Numbered from the stretch's first letter, positions 1 through 12,090 are shown. The stretch: 64,000 nucleotides of DNA from Octopus sinensis (GCF_006345805.1 NW_021833850.1:8210-72209), one strand, 5' to 3'. A program made the numbers and translations. Notes: generated by a model not told the origin, from the sequence alone.

Positions 1-49
<49 letters not shown>

Positions 50-258
50 CTAGCTGTATATAGTTACATGAGGTAAATATAAAGGTCCTTCCAGGGGCCG
101 TATTATCGATTTTTCTACAATCTATGTATGTCAAGAGGTTTCCAGACATGAGTTCTACTTATGTGTCAAGTTTCATCAAAATCAGTAAAACGATGTAGGA
201 GGAGTTAGTTAACAACGCCACAAACAAACACACACCGATTTTCCACATATGTAGTAGA
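50..258 (-). mobile_element. Mini non-autonomous Helitron
   Basis: Minus strand reads 5'-TCTACTAC...CAGCTAG-3' between host A and T, with a typical Helitron-N subterminal module (aagtttcatcaaaatc...acaaacaaacacac). The 3' hairpin is not evident. Confidence 0.6.
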
Positions 259-429
259 TACACACAAACACAAACACACACAGACATAATGCTCGAAATG
301 AGGAATAGCTGGACAGCCGACAACTGATGAAGGGTGGTTTTTTTATGTCACTTGTGTTTTCCATTCGTTGTTTGTGTACTCAGCTCATTTGTTTATGTAA
401 TTCATTTGGATGATGGTTTGTGACGTCCT

Positions 430-456
430 GTACCTATATATGCATATATATATATA

Positions 457-505
<49 letters not shown>

Positions 506-745
506 TATTACATACATACAAACATACATATACATATATATATATATATTATATATATATGCACATATGCGTATGTATATATGCATATGTATATATATAT
601 ATATATTATATATATATATATATATCATACACACACACATGTATACATATATATCAATGCATGCATATAAATACATATGTTTATACATATATATGTATAT
701 GTGCGCACAGTCACACACCCACACCCACACACACACACACACACT
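430..745. repeat. Compound (TA)n/(TACA)n/(CA)n microsatellite
   Basis: Directly visible; accounts for the YI/HT ORFs here. Confidence 0.95.
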
Positions 746-1141
746 TGATAGAATTCAGTTACCCGATACCATATGTTTCGTGCGAATATATTCGCAGTTA
801 TTCAATCAGAACTTGAATAATGGATGACAAATTCACCAATTAATTAGCACGAGTGTTCCAAGAACTTTCATGAAGTTATGGATAATGTGAAATATTTACG
901 ATCATGGCTACTGGTTGACCTTTGATTGGTCGTTGTTTGTATATTGTTTGTATGGTGTGACAGAATTCTTTTTATATACTGTGATTATTGAACAGTCACT
1001 GGATTGTTGGGGGATAGAGTATATAGAATAATTTGCTGTGTAAAAGAAGGTATATGGAACGAGTAGGGATGTAGAGAGACAACCGATCTGAGAACGTGCC
1101 AGGTTCATTCATTTATCATTGTCAACATAAATATGCGTTTA

Positions 1142-1355
1142 AAGGCAGCAAGCTGGTAGAATCGTCAGCATGCCGAGCGAAATGGGGTTTTTTTTGTCTG
1201 TCGCTGCATTCTGTGTTCAAATTCCGCCGAGGTCTACTTTGCCTTTTATCCTTTCAAGGTCGATAAATTAAGTACCAGTTGAGCACTGGGGTCGATGTAA
1301 TCGATTTACCCCCTGTCCCGAAATTGCTGACCTTGTGCCAACATTTGAAAGCAAT
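1142..1355 (+). mobile_element. tRNA-derived SINE family A, short-tail type, diverged
   Basis: Head ggcagcaagctggtagaatc, B-box-like gtgttcaaattcc, and body gcctttt-atcctttc-ggtcgataaattaagtaccagt shared with many copies in the window. Confidence 0.85.
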
Positions 1356-1404
1356 ATAAATATTCGTTCACAAATTTTGTCGTGAAAAATTTAAGAAATT
1401 CACT

Positions 1405-1530
1405 TCGCGAATATGTGGTTTCTAGTTCAATCCCACTGTGCAGCGCATCGGACAAGTGCCTTTTCTTAAAACCATCTGTCAACCAATGTCCGATAAGTGA
1501 ATTTGGTTGACAGAATCTGTGTGAAAATCC
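1405..1530 (+). mobile_element. SINE family B head fragment, old
   Basis: Degenerate match to family B (gttcaatcccactg...ggacaagtg...gtgaatttggttgacag). Confidence 0.6.
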
Positions 1531-1672
1531 ATTCTATCTATCTATCTATCTAGCTATATAGGCAAATCAAAGTTAAAAATAGGAAAAACAACGTAAGTCA
1601 ATCAGACGTACACAGTGAATATATCAGTTTGACGCTCGGTGAATGTTTTAGATGGAAAAATAGGAGTATAAT

Positions 1673-1705
1673 GACATTTCGAGCATGGCTCTTCGTCAGA
1701 AAGAC
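1673..1705 (-). ncRNA. Minimal hammerhead-like motif in a Penelope-like terminal repeat fragment
   Basis: Minus strand: gucuuu CUGACGA a gagc cau gcuc GAA AUGU C. Core and stem II are present, but the 3' arm of stem I does not pair. The Gypsy element inserted about 85 bp away. Confidence 0.55.
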
Positions 1706-1789
1706 GGAAAAGTCCAGAGAGGAAGAAAATGAGGAAGTAGCAGATCTGAAGCTACATAGTCGCTTTAGAGTTTAATTAAGCTAGGACAT

Positions 1790-2045
1790 TGTTGTGATGA
1801 GAGTTACGGCGACCCTTTGCAAGAGACAGACTAGTCCGAGTGAAGTATAAATACTAATGATCCAAATGAGTTCAGAGTTCGGAATCGAGTGAAGCTTGTG
1901 TTAGATCGCAGTGAAGTCGGAAGGTGTCGGTTGGTTAGTTCTCAAGGAATATTGAATGTTGGTTCGTAAAGAGATTCTTTTGTTAGTTACATTGTTGTTA
2001 CTACTGTCTGGTTATCTCATTTATTGTACGTAACAAATTTCCACA
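1790..2045 (+). repeat. 5' LTR
   Basis: Aligns without gaps to 4672-4921; followed by the PBS. Confidence 0.9.
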
Positions 2046-2047
2046 TT

Positions 2048-2058
2048 TGGCGACGAGG
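2048..2058 (+). promoter_or_regulatory. Primer binding site, tRNA-Ser(GCU)-like
   Basis: TGGCGACGAGG 2 nt after the LTR, complementary to the ...CCUCGUCGCCA 3' end of metazoan tRNA-Ser(GCU) as recalled. Confidence 0.75.
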
Positions 2059-2115
2059 GTTTCAAAGCTCATATAGGTTATCTAACAATTTGTTCGTGAT
2101 ACAACTTGTTAAATA

Positions 2116-3469
2116 ATGGAAGACCTATTAGCTTCCATAGTACAGTTGCAAAAGCAACAAGAGCAGCAACAGGAGATGCAGAAGCAACTATTGCAGCAAC
2201 AACTACTGGAACTATATTCAAAGAAGTCTAAAAATGAGCTAAGTTCGTTTTCGCCAGACGGCGTTTCAAACTTGATTAATGAATTCAGTTATAGCCCAGA
2301 GGAGGGTATAACTTTTGCATCGTACTACAGAAGGTACGAGGAGATTTTTAAGCAAGATTGCAAATCATGGTCGGACGAACAAAAAGTGAGATCGTTATTG
2401 CGAAAATTAACTTCGTTAGAGCCTGAACGTTACTGTAAGTTCATACAGTTCATACAGTTCATACAGTTCATACAGAACTTCATGAAAGTTCTTGGAACAC
2501 TCGTGCTAATTAATTGGTGAATTTGTCATCTATTATTCAAGTTCTGATTGAATAACTGCGAATATATTCGCACGAAACATGGTATCGGATAACTGAATTC
2601 TATCAAGTGTGTGTGTGTGACTGTGCGCACATATACATATATATGTATAAACATATGTATTTATATGCATGCATTGATATATATGTAATTTCATACCGCC
2701 CAAAAATCCCAATGAAATTTGTCTTAAAGAAACAATAGAATTACTGTCTAACATATTCGGTGATAAAACTTCTCTATTTAACACTCGAATGGAGAGTTGG
2801 AATATAAGGAAAAAAGAGAATTATGATCACATACGCAGGAACAGTCAACAGGATGTGTGAAAGTTTTAAACGCCAAGAACTTACACCTGAGATGTTCAAG
2901 TGTCTTATTTTCGTATAAGGCCTTGCAACAAGCGAAGATGCAAAAATACTCAAGAAAAGGCTTCCTCAAAAATACAGATATACCGACCGGAAAAGTACAA
3001 CCAAAAAAGAGCACCATGTCCTAATCGATGTTATGGATGTGGGGACATACATTTCAGAAAAGACTGTCCATTTAAAAATCAAATATGTTACAGTTATCAA
3101 AGAATTAGTCACAAGAGTTCAAACTGCAGAACAAAATTACGAAGGTCAAACTTTAAAAATCCTGCAGTGCTCTCAGCAGAAACAAAAATCGACTCCCAAA
3201 TAAGAAAATTTGTACACGTAAATATAAATGGAATACATATTAGATTTCAATCGGATACTGAAAGTGATATTTCAATAATAAATATGGACACATGGAAGAA
3301 AATAGGAAAACCAATATTGAGAAAAACCGCGAAATCTGTTCGTAGCGTGACGGGCGACAAATTACATTTCATAGGCAAAATATGGATTAATGTCACATTT
3401 CAAGTGAAAACACGCAAGGTGAAAATCTTCTTCGTTAAAAATGCAACCGATCTGTTTGGTACCGATTGA
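2116..3469 (+). pseudogene. gag: gag-protease remnant
   Basis: FSYSPEEGITFASYYRRYEEIF...WSDEQKVRSLLRKL (gag); CYGCGDIHFRKDC knuckle; RFQSDTESDISII (degenerate aspartic protease D-T-G). Frameshifted and interrupted at about 2447-2689. Confidence 0.85.
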
Positions 3470-3633
3470 TTAGAATTATTCGATTTATGGGATCTCCCCA
3501 TAAATCTCAATTGTAAAAACGTAAATGGATGTCCTTCTAAAAATAATTCGTTTGAAGAGTTAAAGAGGAAATTTTAAAAAAACGTTTCCGCAAGTAATCT
3601 CGGACAAACAAGGTCCACGCAAGGAGACTGAGC

Positions 3634-4382
3634 CCATGGTTCAGGATACATATTGACTACGCTGGACCAGTGAACAGCGTATACTATCTAATAGTTGTGG
3701 ATAACTATACAAAGTTGCCAAAGGTATGCAGATGTAATAAACCCACAGCAAAGACAACAATACAGTTCCTACTCCAGTTATTTGCTCGATACGGTGTTCC
3801 AGACACTTTAGTTTCAGATAATGGAACACAATTCCCGGAATATGAATTAAGAAATTTCTGCAAAATACATGCCATAGAGCACATATTTACCCCTACCACC
3901 GGAGGTCAAATGGGCAGGTAGAAAGATTTATCGACACGTTCAAAAGAGCTCTAAGAAAAGTTAGGAATGATCTAGATTATGACGAGGCACTAACGAAATT
4001 TTTGAGAGTATATAGAATAACGCTAAATCCAAATAATAATTCAGGAAAGTTACCAGCAGAGTTAACGTTCGCGTGTAAAATAAAATCGATCTTCGATAAA
4101 TTATTGCCAGGAAAAAATATATATAAAGGAAAGACAAAAAATACATTTGAAGGAAAAATACAAGAAATATTACAGAACATTTCGAAGGTTGATAAAGAAG
4201 GTTGGGAAGATGGTTGTGTAATCAAAAGATTAGGCAACATGATGTATTTAACTGAAGGACAACGTTCGGAGCATAAAAGACACCTTAACAATTTAAAGAT
4301 GAGACATACAGAAGAACGAAGAGTAATTCCAATGGAAGTCTTCTATGATATGTTTGATGTGCCAACATCGAGAGATATTTAA
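3634..4382 (+). pseudogene. Integrase remnant (rve core and C-terminus)
   Basis: YLIVVDNYTK...LFARYGVPDTLVSDNGTQF, with the catalytic D..D visible and the E region frameshifted. It follows the protease region directly with no RT between. Confidence 0.88.
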
Positions 4383-4671
4383 CCCCATAGAACTAGATTC
4401 AGAAAACGAAAACAGACTTAATGTCTGAAAGTAATACCTAACCGAAAAAGATACTAAATTTTCAAAACAAGAAAAAAAAAAAGGATAAAGAGTGCAAACA
4501 AAAGTGCTTAGCACAACGAAAAGAGAAAGTGCTGTGTGCAACGAATAATACTATCTTAAATGCCGGGCAGCAATTAAGATACAACAGCAAAAAAAGTATG
4601 GGTGCTGGAAAGAAAAAAAATATAAAAGAAATTCCACTTTCTCAAGGTAATCAAAATCTCAAAAGCAGATA

Positions 4672-4932
4672 TGTTGTGATGCAAGTTACGAGGTCTACTT
4701 GCGAGAGATAGACTGGTTCGAGTAAAGTATAAATAGTAACGATCCGAGTGATTTCACTGTTTGGAGTCGAGGAAAGTTCGTGTTAGTTCGCAGTGAAGTC
4801 GAAAGGTGTCGGTTGGTTAGTTCTCAAGGAATATTGATTGTTGGTTCGTAAAAAGATTTGTTAGTTCGTTACATCGTTGTTACTATTATCTGCTTATCTT
4901 ATTTATTGTATGTAACAAATTTCGATACAACA
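4672..4932 (+). repeat. 3' LTR
   Basis: TGTTGT...ACAACA, preceded by a weak purine tract (aaaagcagata). Confidence 0.9.
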
Positions 4933-6369
4933 GGCATTTATTGTGGTTTAAAATTTGCGGGCTGATGTTGCGGAGACAGCTATAGCTTACCTTAACAGAA
5001 TTTATGTCGAACATTTTATATCTCTGTTTATGGGAAGTTAGTGTTGACTAAGATTAGGAAAAGTCTAACCATGTTTGTTACTTCTCAGCCCATGTATGCA
5101 TGTTCACATGTACGGATATGTACGTGCACATGCACATGGGTTCTGGCATGGATCTCATTGCATACGTAAATCTTATTACACGTTCTGAATATATGTAAGT
5201 CTTTATGATTAATGGAGGGAAGGGAAAAATTTGCTCTCAGACTTATTTCAAATGCTTTCAACGGAACAGACTTTACTAAAAACACCTAAGAGCCAGGTGA
5301 TGGTGTCAAACTGGGAGGTTATGCGGCATTAGAGTATATTCAAAACAGAACACGAAACAAAACCATTTAAAATGAATTTTCGGTTTCGTCTATCTCTCAA
5401 TTTTACTGAAAATTTCTACAAATATATAGTACTGGACTATCTGTGACTAGCTGGGTCACCGGGAAAGTCTGAGTTTCCTAGTAACGGAGATTTTTCAAGT
5501 TTTTTCCAGATTATTTCGCATGCTTTCAACGAATATGACATTGAAATCACGCGTAAACACCAAATCTTTGGAGGTGAGATATGCTGAATGTACTCGAAAA
5601 AAACCATGAAAAAATTATTTAACACCGAGGGTCTTTTACAAAATATTTACCGCATTTTTAAAGTTATTTTCACTTTAAAATATTTTTTAAATATGCCCCC
5701 AAAAATTTTGTAATGGTACTCACTCGAAAATATTGTCTGTTTAAAGAAAGCTGAAATATAAATACTTACTGTACAAACAACTTACATTTTTGTAATCACA
5801 TTCACTTAAAAATATTTCTAAATGATTAAAATATTGTGTTTAACAAAAGCGAAAATAGAAACATTTACAGTAAAAACAAATTGTATTTTTTCGTCGTCAA
5901 GTTACTGTGTATAATCGAAAGGTAGAGTTTCTTCCTTTCAGGATTAAGTTATTTACGGAATATTTTCCCATTATGCACCGTTTTAGGTATTTATACCTCC
6001 GAAAACCTCTAATATCTCAACAACCACTTGTCTGATTTAAGCGAAACATGTTTTATTCCGTTCGTATTCACATTTCAAAGGCAACTTAATTCATAGTATT
6101 TTCCCATTATGCGCCAGTTTGGCTGGATAACATTGCAAGTAAGCAAGCAAGTAAGTAAGCAAGATTCAAGCTCACTTTTAGATTTCATACCCATTACGAA
6201 TATTGCAGTTATTTTGAGGGAGAAATTAACAATAAAAGATTGACAGTTTTTATAATTTTAACAAATAAGATTTGTCCATTCTCGACATCCTTTCCGGCAT
6301 ACGATGTTATTTTCGTTTCCATAGAAAATAATTGAAACTATTTTACGGTTTAGAGCTAGTGTTTAAAGC

Positions 6370-6445
6370 TTAGGATTTTGTTTAGGATTAAGGTTAGAAT
6401 TTAGTTTAGGGTTTAGGTTAGGGATTAGGGTTAGCGTTTAGGATT
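6370..6445 (+). repeat. Degenerate TTAGGG-like array
   Basis: tttagggtttaggttagggattagggttagcgtttagg. Confidence 0.6.
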
Positions 6446-6971
6446 TGGAATTTGTAGGTGTCGGAAAATTTCATTGCAACCAATAATTTTCTTTCATTTA
6501 CTTTTATTAAATATTTCCTTCTGTAAAGATTCCATAACGTGTCTAAAGATCGCTTTGGCAGGAAGAGTATACTTGTCTATTACAAGCAAAATATCACAAA
6601 ATCTTTCAATCTTTAAAGTTTGTAACGTTCTTATTGATAATTTCTCAAAAAAAAAAAGATGAAAATAAATCTTTTATAACATAATTATTACTTAAGGATT
6701 TATAAATGATAATTTCAATAGATTGATTTAGTGTATAATTATTTAGATAGTTTAGCAAATAGAAATTAATGCGTATTATATAAATAGAGTGTATACAATA
6801 GTATTCGTTCACAAAAAATGGCTGTAAATTTCGTAATTGGCACGAAAAAATTTCACCTGTGAAGAAATTTCCAATAAAATTTAAGGACGTAGTTTAAGTG
6901 GAAAAGATCTAAATGCCAGCATCCGTAAAACAAGATTAGCTACGGAAGTGTTGTTATTAGTAAAATACAAA

Positions 6972-7362
6972 ATGGTGGCGAGCTGGCAGAAACGTTAGCA
7001 CGCCGGGTGAAAAGCTTAGCGGTATTTCGCCTGCCGTTACGTTCTAAGTTCAAATTCCGCCGAGGTCGATTTTGCCTTTCATCCTTTCGGGGTCGATTAA
7101 AAGAGTACCAGTTACGTACTGGGGTCGACATAATCGACTTAATCCGTTTATCTGTCCTTGTTTGTCTCCTCTGTATTTAGCCCCTTGTGGATAGTAAAGA
7201 AATAGGTAATACCCATTGCTCCGTTCTGAGTTCAAATTCTGCCGAGGTCGACTTTCATCCTTTCGGGCTCGATGAAATGAGTATCAGTTGAACACTGAGG
7301 TCGATGTAATCGACTCATCCCCTTCCCCAAAACGGCTACCCTTGTGGCAAAATTCGGAACCA
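6972..7362 (+). mobile_element. Composite SINE A (long-tail unit plus short-tail unit) inside one 18-bp TSD
   Basis: TTATTAGTAAAATACAAA at 6954-6971 and 7363-7380; two bodies joined near 7205. Confidence 0.88.
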
Positions 7363-7796
7363 TTATTAGTAAAATACAAAGCGGAAATGAACACACACAG
7401 AGATACAGCATTAGAGGTTATTAAACTATGGAAGTAACTTGGCGATGAAGATTGCGATGTAAAAACCATGATTTCGCGGTACAGCAATTTGAGCGCCACA
7501 GTCACTGCTTCATTCAGAATATGAGATGGAACAAGGTCTAGAAATGTTAATGGGTTCAGGAAAGAAATCATACATGCTAAGCATAATTGACTAATAAGGA
7601 AATACGAAAAATCATTAATAAATAAGATTATATTGGGACACAGCTCTGTGTCAATATAACTTGTTTGTAAGTAGAGCTGTTAAACACACTTCACACACCG
7701 CGCGCACATACACAACAAAAACATACATATCAACTTACATTACCAATACTTATGTACCTATGTATATATGTATGCATGTTTGTAAGCATATATATA

Positions 7797-7846
<50 letters not shown>

Positions 7847-7963
7847 TGTGTATGTTTGTGTGTGTGCGAGTGAGTGTAAAATATATGCATGCATCTATGT
7901 TTGAGTGTGTGTGCATGTGCGTTTTTGTGTGTATGTGCATATGTGTGTGTTTGTGTGTGTGTG

Positions 7964-8001
<38 letters not shown>

Positions 8002-8394
8002 GCATGTATAAAGAAAAACTTAAAACATCCAAATCTACATCACCAACTTCATCTTATCACAAAAGCTTTCATCTTTCTCTCTAACCGCTCTCTTCTTTCT
8101 CCTTTCTGCCTCTCTCACTTTGCCAAACCTTCACGTCCCCCTGCTAACTTACGTATCTAATGACCTCACAGCGTGATGTGTACCCACCGTGACACGGCTA
8201 CGCACTGACGGCCACATTGCCAATTAGACCCACATGTTTCAACCGAAGGTACTAACTTATTCCATTGCCCCCATCTATTCTTTCACCCAACCTCACCTTC
8301 CTCTTCCAAAAAGGAAAGCCATATTTCTTAAGTACAAGACATCTTTATTTTGTAACCAAGAAATGAGAAACAATGGAACCAACTACTGAAATTC

Positions 8395-8534
8395 CGGCGT
8401 GCCTGTGTGGTAAGACGCTTGCTTCCCAATCACATGGTTCTGGGTTCGGTTGGGCAAGTGTCTTCTAAAGCGGCGGGCCAACCAAAATCTTATGCGTGGA
8501 AATGGTAAACGGAAACTGAAAGAAGCCCATCATA
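8395..8534 (+). mobile_element. SINE B head
   Basis: ctgtgtggtaagacgcttgcttcccaatcacatgg...ttgggcaagtgtcttct...ggaaactgaaagaagccc. Confidence 0.75.
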
Positions 8535-8536
8535 TA

Positions 8537-8750
8537 CGTGTGGGTGCAGAAAAGTTCCTGGCTTTAATGATGTCGTGAAAGGCCTGGTTGGAGGCCCAAC
8601 CTTCCGAGTTCTTTTACATGGTTTAGAAAAACTGAAGGACCGGTGCAATAAGCGTGTGAATCTGGGCGTCCTCGTTCAATAAAATCATAATTAACTGATA
8701 CTCCTGTATTTTCTTTTACTCAAAGTCAGGAACTTTTCGGCACACCCTCG
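8537..8750 (+). mobile_element. mariner-derived MITE
   Basis: TA flanks; TIRs cgtgtgggtgcagaaaagttcctggcttt / aaagtcaggaacttttcggcacaccctcg; residual transposase C-terminus GLEKLKDRCNKRVNL. Confidence 0.85.
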
Positions 8751-8879
8751 TATGTACATACATACATGCATATGTATATATATGTATATATATGTGTGTG
8801 CGTATGTGTGTGTATGTATGTATATATATGGAACAAAAACGCAATAGAGTGCATTGCAACGTTCCGACAGATAGACGAT

Positions 8880-9446
8880 ACACAGGTGGACAAGAAAAAC
8901 AACAATTAGAAGGACAGGCAAAAAAAAAGACTGGTCATTCTTGACTTTCTTTCATCAGTCAAGTCCCAGAAGTCATTACCATTTCGGGCAGTTACACTTG
9001 AGAGGGTTCGGTCTGGTTGCCCCCAAATATATCTAAGCTAAGAGCATTAGACACCTTTGTAAGAAAGCTAGCGAATGTATACGGCAACAAAGACAAATAA
9101 ATAAATAAACAAAAAAAAAGGAGAACATGGTACACAATTACGAATACAAACAACAAGAATAACAACAGGCATCTTTCAACTGAGAACGAATCAAATTGAG
9201 CTGGCGCGTATGAAGTGAAAGCCTAAAAGCAGGAACATGGGAGATGGACATAAGAGGTATTGACGGTCGGCAGTCAGGCCAAGAAAGAATGATCATGGCT
9301 GGCCAGCAGAAGAAACAGAGTGACTCAAAGTCCAAGTGTCAACGCACAAAACTCTTGGACCTTCAGTCACTCTATTACTTCTGCTTAACATTAATAAAAA
9401 TATACATGTACTCATATTTTGAGTACATATTTGCATCAACATACTC

Positions 9447-9482
<36 letters not shown>

Positions 9483-9740
9483 AAAGTTAAAAAAATATAT
9501 ATAAACTGGGACAAGAACGTGAAACACCAAGAAGACGACACAAGAACCACAGGACGGGACATTCGAAGCCCTCAGTCATCAGTCAAGAACCGGATCATCT
9601 TCGCAATTTCGGCTGATTAATCTTGATGATTGCTCCGACCTGGGCAGCCACCAAGGGAAATCTAAGCCAAGCGCATTAGATCCCTTGGAAGAAAGCCTCG
9701 AATGTATACAACACAAGGACGGAAAACGGACGGTACATTC
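8880..9740. repeat. Two diverged copies (about 8880-9090 and 9505-9740) of a probable Penelope-like terminal repeat
   Basis: Shared tcatcagtcaag...atctaagc-aag-gcattaga...gaatgtatac blocks. The PLE assignment is inference. Confidence 0.4.
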
Positions 9741-10068
9741 GCAATTTACACCCAAAGACAGAGCCAGATCACCTGCAATTTCGCATTTGATTAATCCTCG
9801 TCTGTGACTCTAAAAATTTTCACTTTTACTATTTATGGAATCAGACTCTAATTTCTACGGTAATTCCTATAAACTGACAAGGCGAGGTAGCTTAACCCTA
9901 GGCAACCGAGTATGCGTCATCGACTAGCATTAATCAAATGCGAAATCGCCGGTTATCTGCCTCTGTCTCTGGTGCTATAGGGAGCTTGTCTCTCTTGTCA
10001 GTCATTGGATTAGTGCTTCCACGTGGCTAAGATTTTCTAATTCTGATTTCTTTAGTCACCTTGATGCC

Positions 10069-10121
<53 letters not shown>

Positions 10122-10837
10122 TTCTAGTTATTAATTATTATAAATCTTCCACTGAGCAGGGAGCCGGTTTCCAACAAAGATGCAAGGCTCCAGACAAATT
10201 CACATTTCGAACTTGAGAAAAGTCTTGCATATTTTTACTGCTTCACTCACAGATTGCACTTGTAATGTACGAATTAGCCGGCGATTTCTCTTTCTGAAAA
10301 TCCCAGTTCATCCAGATTCTCCTTGTATGAATGTATGTACGTATGTATGTATGTCTGTATGTATGTATGTATGTATGTATGTATGTATGTATGTATGTAT
10401 GTATGTATGTATGTATGTATGTATGTATGCTGTATGTATGTGTGTATATATGTATATAATGAGTGTGTGTGTATATATGTGTCTGTCTGCCTTTGTGTTT
10501 GTCCCTCATCGACAATTGACAACCGATATTGGTTTGTTTGCGTCCCCATAACTTTGCGTTGCTGCAAAAAAAAATTCAATAGGATAAGTACAAGACTCAA
10601 GAAATAAGTACTAGGACCGATTTGCTCAGCAAAAACCATCAAGGTGGTATCCCAGCATAGTTGTAGTCCAATGACTAAAACATGTAAACCATAAAAGATT
10701 ATATTACTGCTAGAGTTCCACTGAAATCTCTTTTTTTGTTTGTTTTTAACTAGAAAATAAAAGGGTAAGAGAAAACTCAGCTGGTGTATTGGTTTGAAAT
10801 GCTTGAATCTACACTGGGTGTCGCAAGACATTTAAAT

Positions 10838-11429
10838 GCAGCGAGCTGGCAGAAACGTTAGCACGCCGGGCAAAATGATTAACGGTATTTCGTCTGCTGT
10901 TACGTTGTGAGTTCAAATTCCGCCGAGGTCGACTTTGTCTTTCATCCTTTCGGGGTCGATAAATTATATACCAGTTACGCACTAGGGTCGATATAATCGA
11001 CTTAATCCGTTTGTCTGTCTTTGTTTGTCCACTCTGTGTTTAGCCCCTTGTGAGTAGTAAAGAAATAGGTATTTCGTCTGCCGCTACGTTCTGAGTTCAA
11101 ATTCCGCCGAGGTCGACTTTGCCTTTCATCCTTTCGGGGTCGATTAAATAAGTACCAGCTACGTACTGGTGTCGACATAATCGACTTAATCCCTTTGTCT
11201 GTCTTTGTTTGTCCTCTCTGTGTTTAGCCCCTTGTGAGTAGTAAAGAAGTAGGTATTTAGTCTGCCGCTACGTTCTGAGTTCAAATTCCGCCGAAGTCGA
11301 CTTTGCCTTTCATCCTTTCGGGGTCGATTAAATAAGTACCAGCTACGTACTGGTGTCGACATAATCGACTTAATCCCTTTGTCTATCCTTGTTTGTCCCC
11401 TCTATGTTTGTGGGCAATAAAGAAATAAG
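10838..11429 (+). mobile_element. SINE A trimer (head plus three 184-bp units)
   Basis: Units restart at ggtattt at 10884, 11068 and 11252. Confidence 0.92.
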
Positions 11430-11834
11430 CATGTTGGCTCAACTGCTTTATCATACAATTTCAGTTATATACATGTGTGTGTGTGTGTGTGCGCGCGCGC
11501 GTGTGTGTGTGTGCGTGCGCGTATGTATATGCACATGCATATGCGCACATGTGTAAGTGCACCATCTCAAATAGCCAGCAAAGTTTTAATGTAGGAGTAG
11601 CATGTACATATTCACTCTTTCTGTGCGAACGACAACATCGTTGGTGATAGAATTCCAACGGACCAATCAATGGTTCACTGCGTTTTCGACGGTGCCGGTG
11701 TCAAAGGAATGTTAATGTAATTACCTACAGAACAAATAATACAAGGAACTTCGTTCGAAAACCACCGGTTTTTCTCCGTCTTCTCAAAATATTTAACATT
11801 TGCCACGAATAATCACTGATTATAAACAGATACT

Positions 11835-12090
11835 ACATACATACATACATACATACATACATACATACATACATACATACGTACGTACGTACGTACGTAC
11901 GTACATACGTACGTACGTACATAAATACATATACACATACGTACATGTATAAATACGTAGGTACAGGCATAAATACATACATATATTTATGCGTACGTAC
12001 GTACATGCACATACATTCACATGCATACATACATACATTTATACATACATACATACATACATACATAAATACATACATACTTACATACGT
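11835..12090. repeat. (TACA)n/(TACG)n compound microsatellite
   Basis: Directly visible. Confidence 0.95.

Larger units (their letters stand above)
1790..4932 (+). mobile_element. Ty3/Gypsy LTR retrotransposon (Mag-like), RT/RNaseH deleted, decayed
   Basis: LTRs at 1790-2045 and 4672-4932 start TGTTGT and the 3' LTR ends ACAACA. Flanks GACAT/GGCAT fit a 5-bp TSD with one mismatch. PBS, gag, zinc knuckle, protease and integrase remnants lie in order. Confidence 0.93.

Noticed and set aside
315-360. CTGATGA as a hammerhead core
   Set aside because: No stem II or GAAA follows.
905-1110. Non-repetitive stretch with short open frames
   Set aside because: No recognisable protein or splice signals.
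5455-5480. gggaaagtctgag resembles RNase P RNA conserved region I
   Set aside because: No downstream CR-V partner or GC-rich stems; the context looks like a DNA-transposon remnant.
8930-9600. Minus-strand CTGATGA motifs at about 8955 and 9580 as hammerheads
   Set aside because: One has GAAT instead of GAAA, and stem I partners cannot be formed in either.
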